Position numbers and translations under genes: made by a program
The notes under the pieces: generated by a model
What the model was told of the DNA's origin: nothing
The model's database searches: none
What the model saw: the letters and a program-made list of their open reading frames with translations, nothing else
Part shown: positions 1 to 8,550 of the stretch, piece after piece
How the letters are laid out: every line of letters begins with the position of its first letter
How positions within the stretch are numbered: position 1 is the first letter of the stretch
IMG/VR virus record: IMGVR_UViG_3300028840_004242
Span: 62,001-87,830 of that record
Reading direction: 5' to 3' (one strand)
From: an uncultured virus (IMG/VR IMGVR_UViG_3300028840_004242)
Taxonomy: Duplodnaviria > Heunggongvirae > Uroviricota > Caudoviricetes
DNA length: 25,830 bases

Positions 1-1252
1 CTAAACAGCCCCGCTCCTGTGCTAGGCTCTTTGCTGTCATCCAGGTATCGTTTATAGCTTCACGACCAACCAGCTTAGGATTTTCTGGACCCAAAATGTC
101 CATATAGTCTATCAGTATAACGTCAGGTATAAAATCCTCTGTATATTCCAGCAAGTCAAGATCCCTCTTTATATCTCCTATGTTGGCAGTCTTTATGGGA
201 TAGCTTATAGTTCTAAGCAAATTGTTTCCATACATCATCATAAAAGATTTGGTAGCCTTTTTAACCTTAGCTACTGACATGGTGGGAACCTCTTGCTCTT
301 CATACCAAGGTTCAGGATCAAAGAATCCCAATTTATTGTCAAGGCAGTAAGTACAAACTGTCCAATCTAAGTTAGGACTGTAAGGTGATAATTTGCCTTC
401 ATCATTTATTAGTGAACCAGAACCCCTACGCTCTTTCATGTCACAGGTGCCCTGCTGGTTCTTAAGGCAGTCAAATATGGGAAAACGGTAGATGTTTTTT
501 TCTTCGGTAGATAGGGCGGTAAGTCGTTGATAGGACCTTATAGACGTTTCCTCTTTTGACATCTCTAATGAAATGGAAGCTACCTTCAGCCTGTTATACA
601 AGGCAGCGAATTTTATCTCTTCCAACCACCAAGTCTTTCCCCGCTTCATAGGACCCATAAGGGATATTAGCCAAGTTCTTTTAAGAGGACCTAATATCTG
701 TCCTAGCCTACCTGGCATTTTAAACAAGTATTCTTCATCACGAATCATCACTTGTTCTATTTGTTGGATATCAAAAGGATTTATCCATTCTGATGTAGTT
801 TTACTGACCTTCCTAAAGTTAGAAATTTCTATCTCAGCCTCCTCAACTTTACCAAGGTCAATTAAGTTCATCAGTTTGTCTTTGTGGTCTATTATGGATC
901 TTTTCTTTAGATATTTTAAACAGCGCCTCTCTAAATATTCCTCATTGAAACTCTCCATTTCTTCATAATAACCACTCAGTCCTGCAATAAATTCTCCTAC
1001 CAGCTTCTGCTCTTCTTCCTCCAGTTCCTCCTTCTCTACTTCATAGATTTTCTGTATATTGTGTCCAGGTGCATCTTCAAATTCTTTGTAATAATCTCTC
1101 ACCCATTTGTACACCCTTTTACTGTACTTACTTTGTAGGTAATGGGACTGTATCATAGGAAGGAAGGTTTGACAGAACCTTTTACTGATAATCAGACCTA
1201 TCATTAAGTTCTTCTCATCAGCTGTGTCTATTTTGACTCGTCTGCGGATCAA
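1..1252 (-). CDS. DnaB-like (SF4) replicative helicase, C-terminus truncated by window edge
   Basis: Manual translation (absent from the ORF track). TTG start at 1252 overlaps the upstream TGA, with AGGAGG RBS. Sequence begins MIRRRVKIDTADEKNLMIGLII; Walker A SLMGPMKRGKTWW, H1a SISLEMS, H2 PDVILIDYMDIL, H3 WMTAKSLAQERGC. Confidence 0.9.
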   Translation of the reverse strand, partial: MIRRRVKIDTADEKNLMIGLIISKRFCQTFLPMIQSHYLQSKYSKRVYKWVRDYYKEFEDAPGHNIQKIYEVEKEELEEEEQKLVGEFIAGLSGYYEEMESFNEEYLERRCLKYLKKRSIIDHKDKLMNLIDLGKVEEAEIEISNFRKVSKTTSEWINPFDIQQIEQVMIRDEEYLFKMPGRLGQILGPLKRTWLISLMGPMKRGKTWWLEEIKFAALYNRLKVASISLEMSKEETSIRSYQRLTALSTEEKNIYRFPIFDCLKNQQGTCDMKERRGSGSLINDEGKLSPYSPNLDWTVCTYCLDNKLGFFDPEPWYEEQEVPTMSVAKVKKATKSFMMMYGNNLLRTISYPIKTANIGDIKRDLDLLEYTEDFIPDVILIDYMDILGPENPKLVGREAINDTWMTAKSLAQERGCL

Positions 1253-2373
1253 AAATCCCTCCTGTCCTCAATAATACTATTAGAGTAGAGGAAAGCTGGT
1301 AACCTTTTGTCAAACATCGTATCGCTGCTGAACCACCCAGGCGTCAATTTATGGAGATCTCCATTCACGCTTTGCTCTAACGCTTCGGTTACCAGCTCTC
1401 CAAATTGTAGCAAGCTATAAATGCCTGCCCCTCTTAACTCCATCTTATCTTCGTGCTCTTTATAGAATTCTGCTGTTCGCTCTGCAGCGCGGACAAAATG
1501 GTTCATATCGTACTGGCTGAGGCCATTTTTAGGTTTTATACCTCCGAGCACTTTATCTAGATAGAAATTGGCGTAGTACTTAGTTAGATTGGGATATTTA
1601 TCTTCTGGATGCTCTTGTTGTTCTATTTTCTTAGGAGGTTCTAAATATTCCTCTAGGTAGGACCTGCTGGAATGTTTACTGTAGACATAATAAGCGAGAG
1701 GTATTTTAGTGAGCGATTTCTTGTATTTACTTTCAGGTGGATGGTAATGAGGATGAGTAGCTGCCAGGTGAAAGTTAGTTATAGACTTTATGATTTCTTC
1801 CTTATTAAATTTCCTTCCTTCAGCACAGGATAGGGAACCTCTCATAGCTCTTTTTACCTGTCTTATGTTTTCATTATAGGTCTTAGTTCCTGGTTGAGCA
1901 TTATGCAGTCCTAATGTGTTCCAAAAGTTAATAATTTCCTCTACCACCTTAGGGCAAGAGATAGGTGTGATTTCTTTTCTCTGTCTTTTAGGTTTTATAG
2001 GACCTTTTTTAGTCTGTGCTTCCCTGATCTTTTGACTGTTAGCATGAGTTTCCTCTTTGTATTCCCTATAAGATTTGCTTCTTTTTTTGATCGGCCGAGA
2101 CGTACTTTTTTGGCGTAAAAAAGAGGAAACAACAGAATGTTGAATGCTAGATTTGCTATGTATAGCTTTAGCTATACATGTCAGGTCTTGCGTTTGGCTT
2201 TCTGATGCATCTTTATTAGGACAAAAAAGGTACTTTCCGTCGAAACATCGCGCTGAGTGAAGGTAGGGCTTAATTTGGCTATCCCAGCAGGAGTTGCATA
2301 TAATTTTTCCTCTGATTGTTCCTTCCAACTCTGTACTTACCTTTCTGTTACACAGCCCACATCTCAGTATCAT
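1249..2373 (-). CDS. Putative replication initiator/helicase-loader-like protein with N-terminal CxxC..CxxC
   Basis: 374-aa ORF translationally coupled to the helicase. Basic linker followed by a helical VEEIINFWN segment typical of phage replication proteins. Function inferred from position. Confidence 0.45.
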   Translation of the reverse strand: MILRCGLCNRKVSTELEGTIRGKIICNSCWDSQIKPYLHSARCFDGKYLFCPNKDASESQTQDLTCIAKAIHSKSSIQHSVVSSFLRQKSTSRPIKKRSKSYREYKEETHANSQKIREAQTKKGPIKPKRQRKEITPISCPKVVEEIINFWNTLGLHNAQPGTKTYNENIRQVKRAMRGSLSCAEGRKFNKEEIIKSITNFHLAATHPHYHPPESKYKKSLTKIPLAYYVYSKHSSRSYLEEYLEPPKKIEQQEHPEDKYPNLTKYYANFYLDKVLGGIKPKNGLSQYDMNHFVRAAERTAEFYKEHEDKMELRGAGIYSLLQFGELVTEALEQSVNGDLHKLTPGWFSSDTMFDKRLPAFLYSNSIIEDRRDF

Positions 2374-2420
2374 GGTAGAACTCCATCAGATTTCCTCTTC
2401 CCCCCTCTTACCCTTGTGGT

Positions 2421-2519
2421 GGATTAACAATAGTGAACCGGGCTACTGCTTGGTAGGTACTAACAGGAAGAGGGGTGTTAGTGTGTGGAAGGAGCAGCCC
2501 AGCTCACTATTATTAATCC
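2421..2519 (-). ncRNA. Structured leader RNA, C4/P4-CI antisense-like
   Basis: 27-bp stem with 4 G-U pairs that work only on the minus strand, inner hairpin ACUAACA/UGUUAGU, and C-rich loop CCCCUCUUCC complementary to flanking GAAGAGG(G) sites. Confidence 0.65.
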
Positions 2520-2548
2520 CTCTTCGCAGTACTTGTGTATAGGTACAC

Positions 2549-2578
2549 ATAATAGCACAGCACCATGACAGCTTGCAA
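2549..2578 (-). promoter_or_regulatory. sigma70-type promoter TTGCAA-18-TATTAT
   Basis: Preceded by AAAAATTATC; member of the TATCTTG promoter family; TG extended -10. Confidence 0.75.
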
Positions 2579-2586
2579 GATAATTT

Positions 2587-2730
2587 TTAGGATTTATTTG
2601 TATCTTTATTTTTATCTTTTCCCTTTTGGACTGCTTCTTTTATTACCTTCTTGATATGTTCTTTCCATAACTGTCTAAATGTAGAACCTTCTACATAATC
2701 GTCTATTCCACTAAGTCTACTCCATTTCAT
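2587..2730 (-). CDS. Small hypothetical protein (47 aa, MKWSRLSGIDD...)
   Basis: Manual translation; ATGA overlap with the primase stop. Confidence 0.5.
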   Translation of the reverse strand: MKWSRLSGIDDYVEGSTFRQLWKEHIKKVIKEAVQKGKDKNKDTNKS

Positions 2731-3626
2731 AACAGTTCGCTCCTTAACTGTGCAGCCTCTTGTGGTGTGAGGTCTGCTGGATCTTTGCCTTCTGGTAGAT
2801 CTAATTCCACTCTTTCTACTTCGGATATAAACATACCTAAATCATAAGCTATCTGATCTGCCACTTCTTGTGCCTCCTCTTCAGGGTCATACAACACTAT
2901 CGCTCTCTTAACACCTTTATTCACAAGTGCTGATGTTTGGGCTGTAGTGGCTGTGGTTCCCATGAAACTTACAAATTCATTACCCATACGCCATACATCA
3001 AAAGGTCCTTCTACTATTACCACTGTGTCTCCTGTAATTCTATCTATGTTGTAAACCCATCGCTCTGGTAGCACAGGACATTCATTCTGTGGTTGGTTCT
3101 TATAGCGTATAGGACTTTTGAAGGTAACATCTCGTGCCGTGAAGCCTGCCAGTTTGAAGTTCATATAAATAGGAATGATAAGGCGGAATTTATATTTACC
3201 TCCTTCCCAGCAGGCTTTGACATAATATTTATCCTGAATTTCTACAGGATCAAATCCCCTCCGCCTTAAGTAGTCTTTATGTATAGTTGGTAAGGTGTCT
3301 AAGGATTCTTTAGGCAGCCCTTTTGGATCCCTCCTTTTAGGATGATAGGTGCCTATGTGAGAAGATCTAAACTCTTCTAATATGGAATATATATCCCCTT
3401 GTCCGTCCTCAATTATGCTTATTACTTTAGTAATAAGCCCTGTTTGGTGACATTTCCAACAGTGCCATTTCTTAGACTTTAGGTTGATACCAAGATGGTT
3501 AGACTTGTCACCACAGAAAGGACAGCGAATGTTTACCCAACCAGGACTACAGTTCTTTCCTGAAGTGTATATCCTTACACCTCTGTCATTAAGGTAGGCC
3601 TTTACATCAAACAGTTCTATATCCAT
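2727..3626 (-). CDS. DNA primase (Zn finger + TOPRIM)
   Basis: CPFCGD..HCWKC zinc finger; IVEGPFD, LYDPEE and KDPADL TOPRIM motifs. Confidence 0.92.
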   Translation of the reverse strand: MDIELFDVKAYLNDRGVRIYTSGKNCSPGWVNIRCPFCGDKSNHLGINLKSKKWHCWKCHQTGLITKVISIIEDGQGDIYSILEEFRSSHIGTYHPKRRDPKGLPKESLDTLPTIHKDYLRRRGFDPVEIQDKYYVKACWEGGKYKFRLIIPIYMNFKLAGFTARDVTFKSPIRYKNQPQNECPVLPERWVYNIDRITGDTVVIVEGPFDVWRMGNEFVSFMGTTATTAQTSALVNKGVKRAIVLYDPEEEAQEVADQIAYDLGMFISEVERVELDLPEGKDPADLTPQEAAQLRSELL

Positions 3627-3850
3627 TAATAGAAGTCCTCAGGTTCTAGGTCAGCTCTGCGTCCATTGAAGAAAATACGGCAATCTTCTGAATCAGTGTC
3701 ACGCATGAACACGTATTCGTGTTCTTCTAAGTGACCAATGGCAGCTCTAAGCTCTTGGGTCAAAGAAGTTGTCCAATGTCCCCATTTTGATCTGATGCAG
3801 AACTTTCTTGGTGAAACTTTAAAAGCATCTTTGATAACTATCATAGCCAT
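3626..3850 (-). CDS. Hypothetical protein
   Basis: 74 aa, coupled between helicase and primase, GGAGG RBS. Confidence 0.65.
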   Translation of the reverse strand: MAMIVIKDAFKVSPRKFCIRSKWGHWTTSLTQELRAAIGHLEEHEYVFMRDTDSEDCRIFFNGRRADLEPEDFY

Positions 3851-5352
3851 CCCTCCTCACAATAAAGTGAAATGCGTTCTCCAAAGTGGTCAACAAACCA
3901 CCTTGCGTTTGGATCGAAAAAGTCAACTATCAATCCATATTCCTTTTCTGCACTCGCTGTCAGCGACCTGCTCGCAGCCTGTATTGTTTGTATCTCTGAC
4001 TTACCTCCTGCGGCATTAATGATAGCATCCAGCGTTGGTATGTTAATGCCTTCATTCCATATATTGGTTACAATAATACATCTTATGCTGCGGTCATTGA
4101 GGGCTTTTCGGTAGTGAGGACGTTTCTGATTGTTTACTTTTATTTTTGCTTCCAAGTTCTTGTAGTCTTGAAATTCATCATACATTTCTTGCAACTTGGC
4201 TTTTCCCTTATCTGAAGTCAATCTTTTCTCAATGTCCTTCTGTAACCGCTTCATCTCTCTTTTTGTGTCAGCATCTATTCCGCCACAAAGAAAAGGAGCC
4301 TCATACTCTGAAAATTTCTCAAACATATTTGCTAATTCAAATCCATGTCGCACTCGTCTCACCAGTATGAGTACTGTTTTGTTCTCATCCAATAATCCTG
4401 TAGCAGTTTTCATTATCAGTCTGTTTCTGGTTCTGCTGAGTACTATTCCTTTTTTGTAGGCTTCGTAGTAAGTTTTGATATTTTTTACCGACACATTTAG
4501 GGGTACTTTAACTATCTTTACTTTGGCCTGCGTAACAACTTCCGCTACACGAGCTTCTTCCTGAGTGATTTCACCTATAACAGGACCTATCAAGCCTTCC
4601 ATTGCAAGTCGCTTTCCTAATTCAGGAGAAGGAGTTGCTGTTACACCAAAGCGAAAGGGAGCAAGGTCATTCTTAAGTATCTTCCCATAATTGCTGTCAT
4701 CGCTTGCTATGTGATGAGCTTCGTCAACCATTATGAGGTCATGATGAGTATGTCCGTTAGTTCCTAACGCTTTGACATAGCTTTGATGTAGAGCAATAGT
4801 GATCCTATGTCCATACTCTTTCTTACCATCTCCTACTATACCTATATCTTCAAAGCCAAAGCGTTGGAACTCTTCATAGGTTTGCCATAGTAGGTCTTTT
4901 GTGTGCATTAGGATTAAGATAGTTTGAAATTTGCTCTGGAAACAGCTCGCTATGCCTCCCATGATCACCGTCTTGCCACTTCGTGCAGGTGCTTTTATGA
5001 CACCTCTCTGAGTCATGATGGCTTTGAGTATGAGTTTGTCCTGGAATTCCCTTAGCGTGATTCCCTCAAGGTAGGGATCTGTAGTGGGCAGTGGAATCTC
5101 CTTCATGATATCACCGAAGGTCCATATGGACTTCATTCCTCTTTGCATCAGTGTGTCTTTCACCCGTGGCACGAGCCCTGTTAGGAAGACACCACCTTTT
5201 GTGGACATATACTTATTGTGCATCTTAGTGGTGCCTCCATATTTCTTTTTCACATAGAAGGGCTCTTGGTAGCGGAGAGCTGACCGTAAGAATTGTTTTG
5301 CTTCGTTGTCCAGTCCTTTGCTAAAGACTGGACTTTCGATTAGGAATCTCAT
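3841..5352 (-). CDS. SF2 DEAH helicase (UvsW/SSL2/ResIII-like)
   Basis: Q motif LREFQ, Walker A APARSGKT, VDEAHH, GVTATP, NEGINIP. Confidence 0.92.
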   Translation of the reverse strand: MRFLIESPVFSKGLDNEAKQFLRSALRYQEPFYVKKKYGGTTKMHNKYMSTKGGVFLTGLVPRVKDTLMQRGMKSIWTFGDIMKEIPLPTTDPYLEGITLREFQDKLILKAIMTQRGVIKAPARSGKTVIMGGIASCFQSKFQTILILMHTKDLLWQTYEEFQRFGFEDIGIVGDGKKEYGHRITIALHQSYVKALGTNGHTHHDLIMVDEAHHIASDDSNYGKILKNDLAPFRFGVTATPSPELGKRLAMEGLIGPVIGEITQEEARVAEVVTQAKVKIVKVPLNVSVKNIKTYYEAYKKGIVLSRTRNRLIMKTATGLLDENKTVLILVRRVRHGFELANMFEKFSEYEAPFLCGGIDADTKREMKRLQKDIEKRLTSDKGKAKLQEMYDEFQDYKNLEAKIKVNNQKRPHYRKALNDRSIRCIIVTNIWNEGINIPTLDAIINAAGGKSEIQTIQAASRSLTASAEKEYGLIVDFFDPNARWFVDHFGERISLYCEEGWL

Positions 5353-5491
5353 CTTTTAGTTTCCTTCTTATACATTTCAGGATAGGAATAAGTACAGCTC
5401 TGTCCCATGCTACTCCTGGAAGGTTTGTGCTTAATTGTTTGAGTAGTGTTTTTTCGAATTTAAAGTATAGTTTCTTCCATGGTGTACTCAT
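5321..5491 (-). CDS. Small hypothetical protein (56 aa, MSTPWKKLYF...)
   Basis: Manual translation; ATGA overlap with the upstream stop; fills the operon gap. Confidence 0.45.
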   Translation of the reverse strand: MSTPWKKLYFKFEKTLLKQLSTNLPGVAWDRAVLIPILKCIRRKLKDEIPNRKSSL

Positions 5492-5841
5492 AATGCTAAA
5501 AACCTCTCATGAGCCCGCCTGAGGTCACTCATTACTTTCTTGACCTTAGTTGCACTCCATCTTTCTTCAAACATGAGGTAGTTTTCGAGGCGTCGGCGGG
5601 AAAAGGAGTTATTAAATTTGAATTGGCTGAGGAACTCTTCTGGGGCTTCCAGCAGTATTATCATCAATGCTTTAGCCTCATCACAGACTTCCCTCATTAT
5701 GTGCCTTTTCGCTTCCAAGTCAATGTGGTAATCTTCAATGTGTTGTAGCGACATAATAGGATTGGGCCTTTCTGCTTCAATTAGCTGTAAAGTATTGTGA
5801 TTGTAGCAAATTCCTACGCTTTTATTTGCTGAATTCTGCAC
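5488..5841 (-). CDS. Hypothetical helical protein (start uncertain)
   Basis: Fits the operon; C-terminal LLEAPEE..LENYL..ERWS helical segment; poor RBS. Confidence 0.55.
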   Translation of the reverse strand: MQNSANKSVGICYNHNTLQLIEAERPNPIMSLQHIEDYHIDLEAKRHIMREVCDEAKALMIILLEAPEEFLSQFKFNNSFSRRRLENYLMFEERWSATKVKKVMSDLRRAHERFLAL

Positions 5842-5883
5842 GAACTTTACTTGCTTAATGTCAAAGTATGCAGTAAATTTTTC

Positions 5884-6282
5884 CTATTGCAGGCAGTTTT
5901 CAGGGAATGTGAAATGAATTTCTTCATTTTGTTCTTCTACCTGCACGTTTATGGCTTCAACAGGTCCATTACTTTCTGGAGGGATAGGCATCCCTTCTTT
6001 CCAGGTGAAGTTTAAAACACCTCTACCATTTTTTAGGATCGTTACAGTTTTACCTTCTTCAGTTTGAACAATAGCACCAGCACCTGTAGTGTCGTCCCAA
6101 AGCACGTCCAGCTTGTCACTGGGACGTATGTTGGCTTTCTCACATAGTTTGGAACCAATATAGAATACTACCATAGCGTTGTCTCTGTTTTTCTGATTAG
6201 AAATGAGTAGCTTTTCTGTGGTGTGGCTTGTTCTCTCTTTTCTGCTAAATCCCGACATAGATCTTAGTGCCATTTGTTTCAC
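5884..6282 (-). CDS. Hypothetical beta-rich protein, possibly AbrB-like
   Basis: GTG start with AGGAGG RBS and its own promoter. FYIGSKLCEKANIRPSDKLDVLW resembles swapped-hairpin patterns (weak). Confidence 0.6.
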   Translation of the reverse strand: MKQMALRSMSGFSRKERTSHTTEKLLISNQKNRDNAMVVFYIGSKLCEKANIRPSDKLDVLWDDTTGAGAIVQTEEGKTVTILKNGRGVLNFTWKEGMPIPPESNGPVEAINVQVEEQNEEIHFTFPENCLQ

Positions 6283-6306
6283 CTCCTTCTTTTTGTTTTC
6301 TAATTA

Positions 6307-6335
6307 ATTGTAGCAATTTCAATATGATATTGCAA
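6307..6335 (-). promoter_or_regulatory. sigma70-type promoter TTGCAA-17-TACAAT
   Basis: TATCTTG family, TG extended -10. Confidence 0.8.
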
Positions 6336-6347
6336 GATAAGTTTGAA

Positions 6348-6469
6348 GGCTGACCTCCTCTTGCAACCTGTCCGAGCATTGGGGCTCTGGTCAGTAGGAC
6401 AATTACCAAGAGGTTCACCTACTTTGCTTACCCGTCAGCGTGATTAGGGAGCTCTCGGTTAGGTCAGCC
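6348..6469 (-). ncRNA. Unidentified multi-stem structured RNA
   Basis: Closing stem GGCTGACCT/AGGTCAGCC enclosing two further hairpin domains in an intergenic gap. Confidence 0.45.
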
Positions 6470-6478
6470 ATAAGGTCT

Positions 6479-7312
6479 TCAGTTAAACATAACCTTTCTG
6501 ATTCTATCTTCTAACTGCTGACGGCGTACTTCACTGGCTATATGGTGTGTGGTAAACTGTGTGAGTATATTGTAGAAGATCCACATATTCATATACTCTT
6601 CTGCTTCCTTCTCCCATTTACCGCCCATTTCATGTAAAGCTAACCAGCGGGCTAAGTTAGCGTTGGTGCTTGTTTCAGGTTCTTCCAACAGCAACGTGGT
6701 CTCTTTGTTATTAAGATCCAATTTCTTTTCCACCTTTTCAAACTTCTCAGGCAGTAAAGGGGTAGAGGTCCAATCCTGCCACTGCTTCCTTTGGTCGTCG
6801 ATAGCTGTAAAACCATCTTTGAGTGCATACTGTACATCTTCCAAGTACAGGTCAGGCATGTGGCGTTTCTTGTACTTAGCGAAGGTTTCTCCTATAACAA
6901 GACCGTTCGTGCATACCATTCTAAATGCTCCCAGCATCACTGTGTGTTTACAACTACGGTCATAGCTGTTGAAAACCTCCAGTGTGGGATTCATAACGTC
7001 ATCTTTCCCACGGAATTTAACTACTACCTGAGCATCGTCAAACCTGTATTTGGTCCTCATGCGGGCGCCGTCTTTGTAAAGGAACACATGCTTGGAGTAG
7101 GAACCAAAATCTACTGTATTTCTTTCCAGTACTTCCTCTACATTCTCCAGCACCTTTTCATGCCTTACCAGTTTGTATTTAGGGCTGACGATATCATAAA
7201 TCTGGTCTGTTTCGACATTCCTCACCGCCTTGTAGTTCTCAGCAGTAATGCCAGCCACCTCTACCGTTGTGAGTTCTACTTCAGGGAACTCAGGTGTAAC
7301 TTGTTGTTCCAT
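6479..7312 (-). CDS. DUF932/DUF945 family protein
   Basis: IVSPKYKLVRH, VFNSYDRS and AFRMVCTNGLVIG signatures; start set at MEQQV behind AGGAGG. Confidence 0.85.
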   Translation of the reverse strand: MEQQVTPEFPEVELTTVEVAGITAENYKAVRNVETDQIYDIVSPKYKLVRHEKVLENVEEVLERNTVDFGSYSKHVFLYKDGARMRTKYRFDDAQVVVKFRGKDDVMNPTLEVFNSYDRSCKHTVMLGAFRMVCTNGLVIGETFAKYKKRHMPDLYLEDVQYALKDGFTAIDDQRKQWQDWTSTPLLPEKFEKVEKKLDLNNKETTLLLEEPETSTNANLARWLALHEMGGKWEKEAEEYMNMWIFYNILTQFTTHHIASEVRRQQLEDRIRKVMFN

Positions 7313-7544
7313 GATAAACCTCCTGTTTTGGGATTGATATGTCAAATTTATATGGACTTTTACCTATTTCTTTTATACTATCCTTTAAGATTTCAGTCCA
7401 TTCTATTTGGAACTGCCAATACCTTCTTTTATAACTGTACCAACAGAATACCGCGTGGTCTTCTATGATTGCAATTACATGTATCACTTTATTAGAAACC
7501 ATAGGTCTTTCGTAGTGGTATTTATAACCTGGTTTTAGTTTCAT
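7290..7544 (-). CDS. Hypothetical protein
   Basis: 84-aa ORF in the early operon. Confidence 0.6.
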   Translation of the reverse strand: MKLKPGYKYHYERPMVSNKVIHVIAIIEDHAVFCWYSYKRRYWQFQIEWTEILKDSIKEIGKSPYKFDISIPKQEVYHGTTSYT

Positions 7545-7638
7545 TGTGTTTCTCTCTTAGTATGCGTCCTATTATTATACCTAATGGTATGCTGACGAGT
7601 ACCCACAAGGCTAGGACTATTATGATTTTAAGTACCAT
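7522..7638 (-). CDS. Small membrane protein (38 aa)
   Basis: Manual translation MVLKIIIVLALWVLVSIPLGIIIGRILREK..., one hydrophobic helix. Confidence 0.5.
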   Translation of the reverse strand: MVLKIIIVLALWVLVSIPLGIIIGRILREKHNETKTRL

Positions 7639-8086
7639 TTGCTACACATATCCTTCCTTTGTCATCGACTTTGATGTCCCATCCTTTGTTCTTTCTCAAG
7701 TCAGCTATTGTTCCACTGACCGCTACTTTGTTCTTCTTTAAGGGCCATGTCTCGTTCTTCATGTGCAACATTTCTGCCAACGTAACCGTGTCCCATATTC
7801 CTTCTTTTATCGCTTCGATGATTATACTGCGTCGGCTACCTGCACGGGAAGTAACTTTGTGGTAGTTGTTTTCAGTGATGCCAAACTGGGGGTCGATGTC
7901 AGGATTGTACTCTTCTGCGCTGGGGTTCTCTTTGTTGAGCTCTTTGAACCTGTCGTAGAGCTTTTGGATGATGTCCTTCTTTTTAAACTTAGCGGGGGGA
8001 GATTGCGTGAAGATTTTCTCGTACAGTGGTTTAAGGTGACTTAGGTTCTTTCCAGTCAAGTGGTTGAGGTACTCTTGATTAGTCAT
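7628..8086 (-). CDS. Putative DNA-binding protein with C-terminal winged-helix-like domain
   Basis: SRRSIIIEAIKE...VAVSGTIADL..WDIKVD; paralogous C-terminus in 15511..15981; has its own promoter. Confidence 0.7.
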   Translation of the reverse strand: MTNQEYLNHLTGKNLSHLKPLYEKIFTQSPPAKFKKKDIIQKLYDRFKELNKENPSAEEYNPDIDPQFGITENNYHKVTSRAGSRRSIIIEAIKEGIWDTVTLAEMLHMKNETWPLKKNKVAVSGTIADLRKNKGWDIKVDDKGRICVANGT

Positions 8087-8119
8087 AGCTACACCCTCTC
8101 TTCCTTTAGTGTTTCCTTA

Positions 8120-8148
8120 AGTATAACAGCTATTTAAACGGATTGCAA
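8120..8148 (-). promoter_or_regulatory. sigma70-type promoter TTGCAA-17-TATACT
   Basis: TATCTTG family with an A-tract UP element. Confidence 0.8.
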
Positions 8149-8156
8149 GATATTTT

Positions 8157-8351
8157 TTATATTTTATCGCAAAGTTTATCATACACCCTTGAGGGCACAA
8201 GGAGGTATATTTTACCAGCATACCAATCTTTGAGTATGTCATGTACAGCACCTGGGGAGGCTTCTGTAATACTCTTCCAAGCATCTATTACCTCATCTTC
8301 CATACTCTTTGCCTTTGCTAACTCTGCGGATACAGCGAATTTATGATTCAT
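8157..8351 (-). CDS. Hypothetical protein (MNHKFAVS...)
   Basis: ATGA-coupled start with AGGAG RBS. Confidence 0.55.
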   Translation of the reverse strand: MNHKFAVSAELAKAKSMEDEVIDAWKSITEASPGAVHDILKDWYAGKIYLLVPSRVYDKLCDKI

Positions 8352-8548
8352 AGCTCTCTCCTTTTGTACCAAACCTCTATTACTTCTCCAGTACTGCAAT
8401 CTTCTCGACAACCAAAAGAGTAATAGTAGTATCCTTCCACATCGTCGATGAACCGTGTAGGAAAGGGAGTGTCTCCAAAGGCGACAAAGGAAGGATCTGA
8501 TATTTCCTCGTCCCAACATTTCATCCCTCTATTCACAAAGTGTCCCAT
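8348..8548 (-). CDS. Hypothetical protein (MGHFVNRG...)
   Basis: GAGG RBS; fits the operon. Confidence 0.55.
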   Translation of the reverse strand: MGHFVNRGMKCWDEEISDPSFVAFGDTPFPTRFIDDVEGYYYYSFGCREDCSTGEVIEVWYKRREL

Positions 8549-8550
8549 TT

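Noticed and set aside
573..968. Plus-strand 131-aa ORF and other antisense ORFs such as 6791..7468, 11668..12120, 13824..14351 and 24487..25062
   Set aside because: Shadows of well-supported genes on the opposite strand.
4130..4280. Intein in the SF2 helicase or TerL insertions
   Set aside because: Insertions are short charged helices without N-terminal Cys/Ser or C-terminal His-Asn splice motifs.
5488..6282. TAG readthrough fusing 5884..6282 with the in-frame 5488..5841, or genome-wide stop recoding
   Set aside because: Only 14 open codons intervene, which is plausible by chance. Long genes are intact in code 11 and TAG ends other genes normally.
6348..6469. tRNA or hammerhead ribozyme
   Set aside because: No TTCGA T-loop or cloverleaf spacing; no CUGANGA plus GAAA core.
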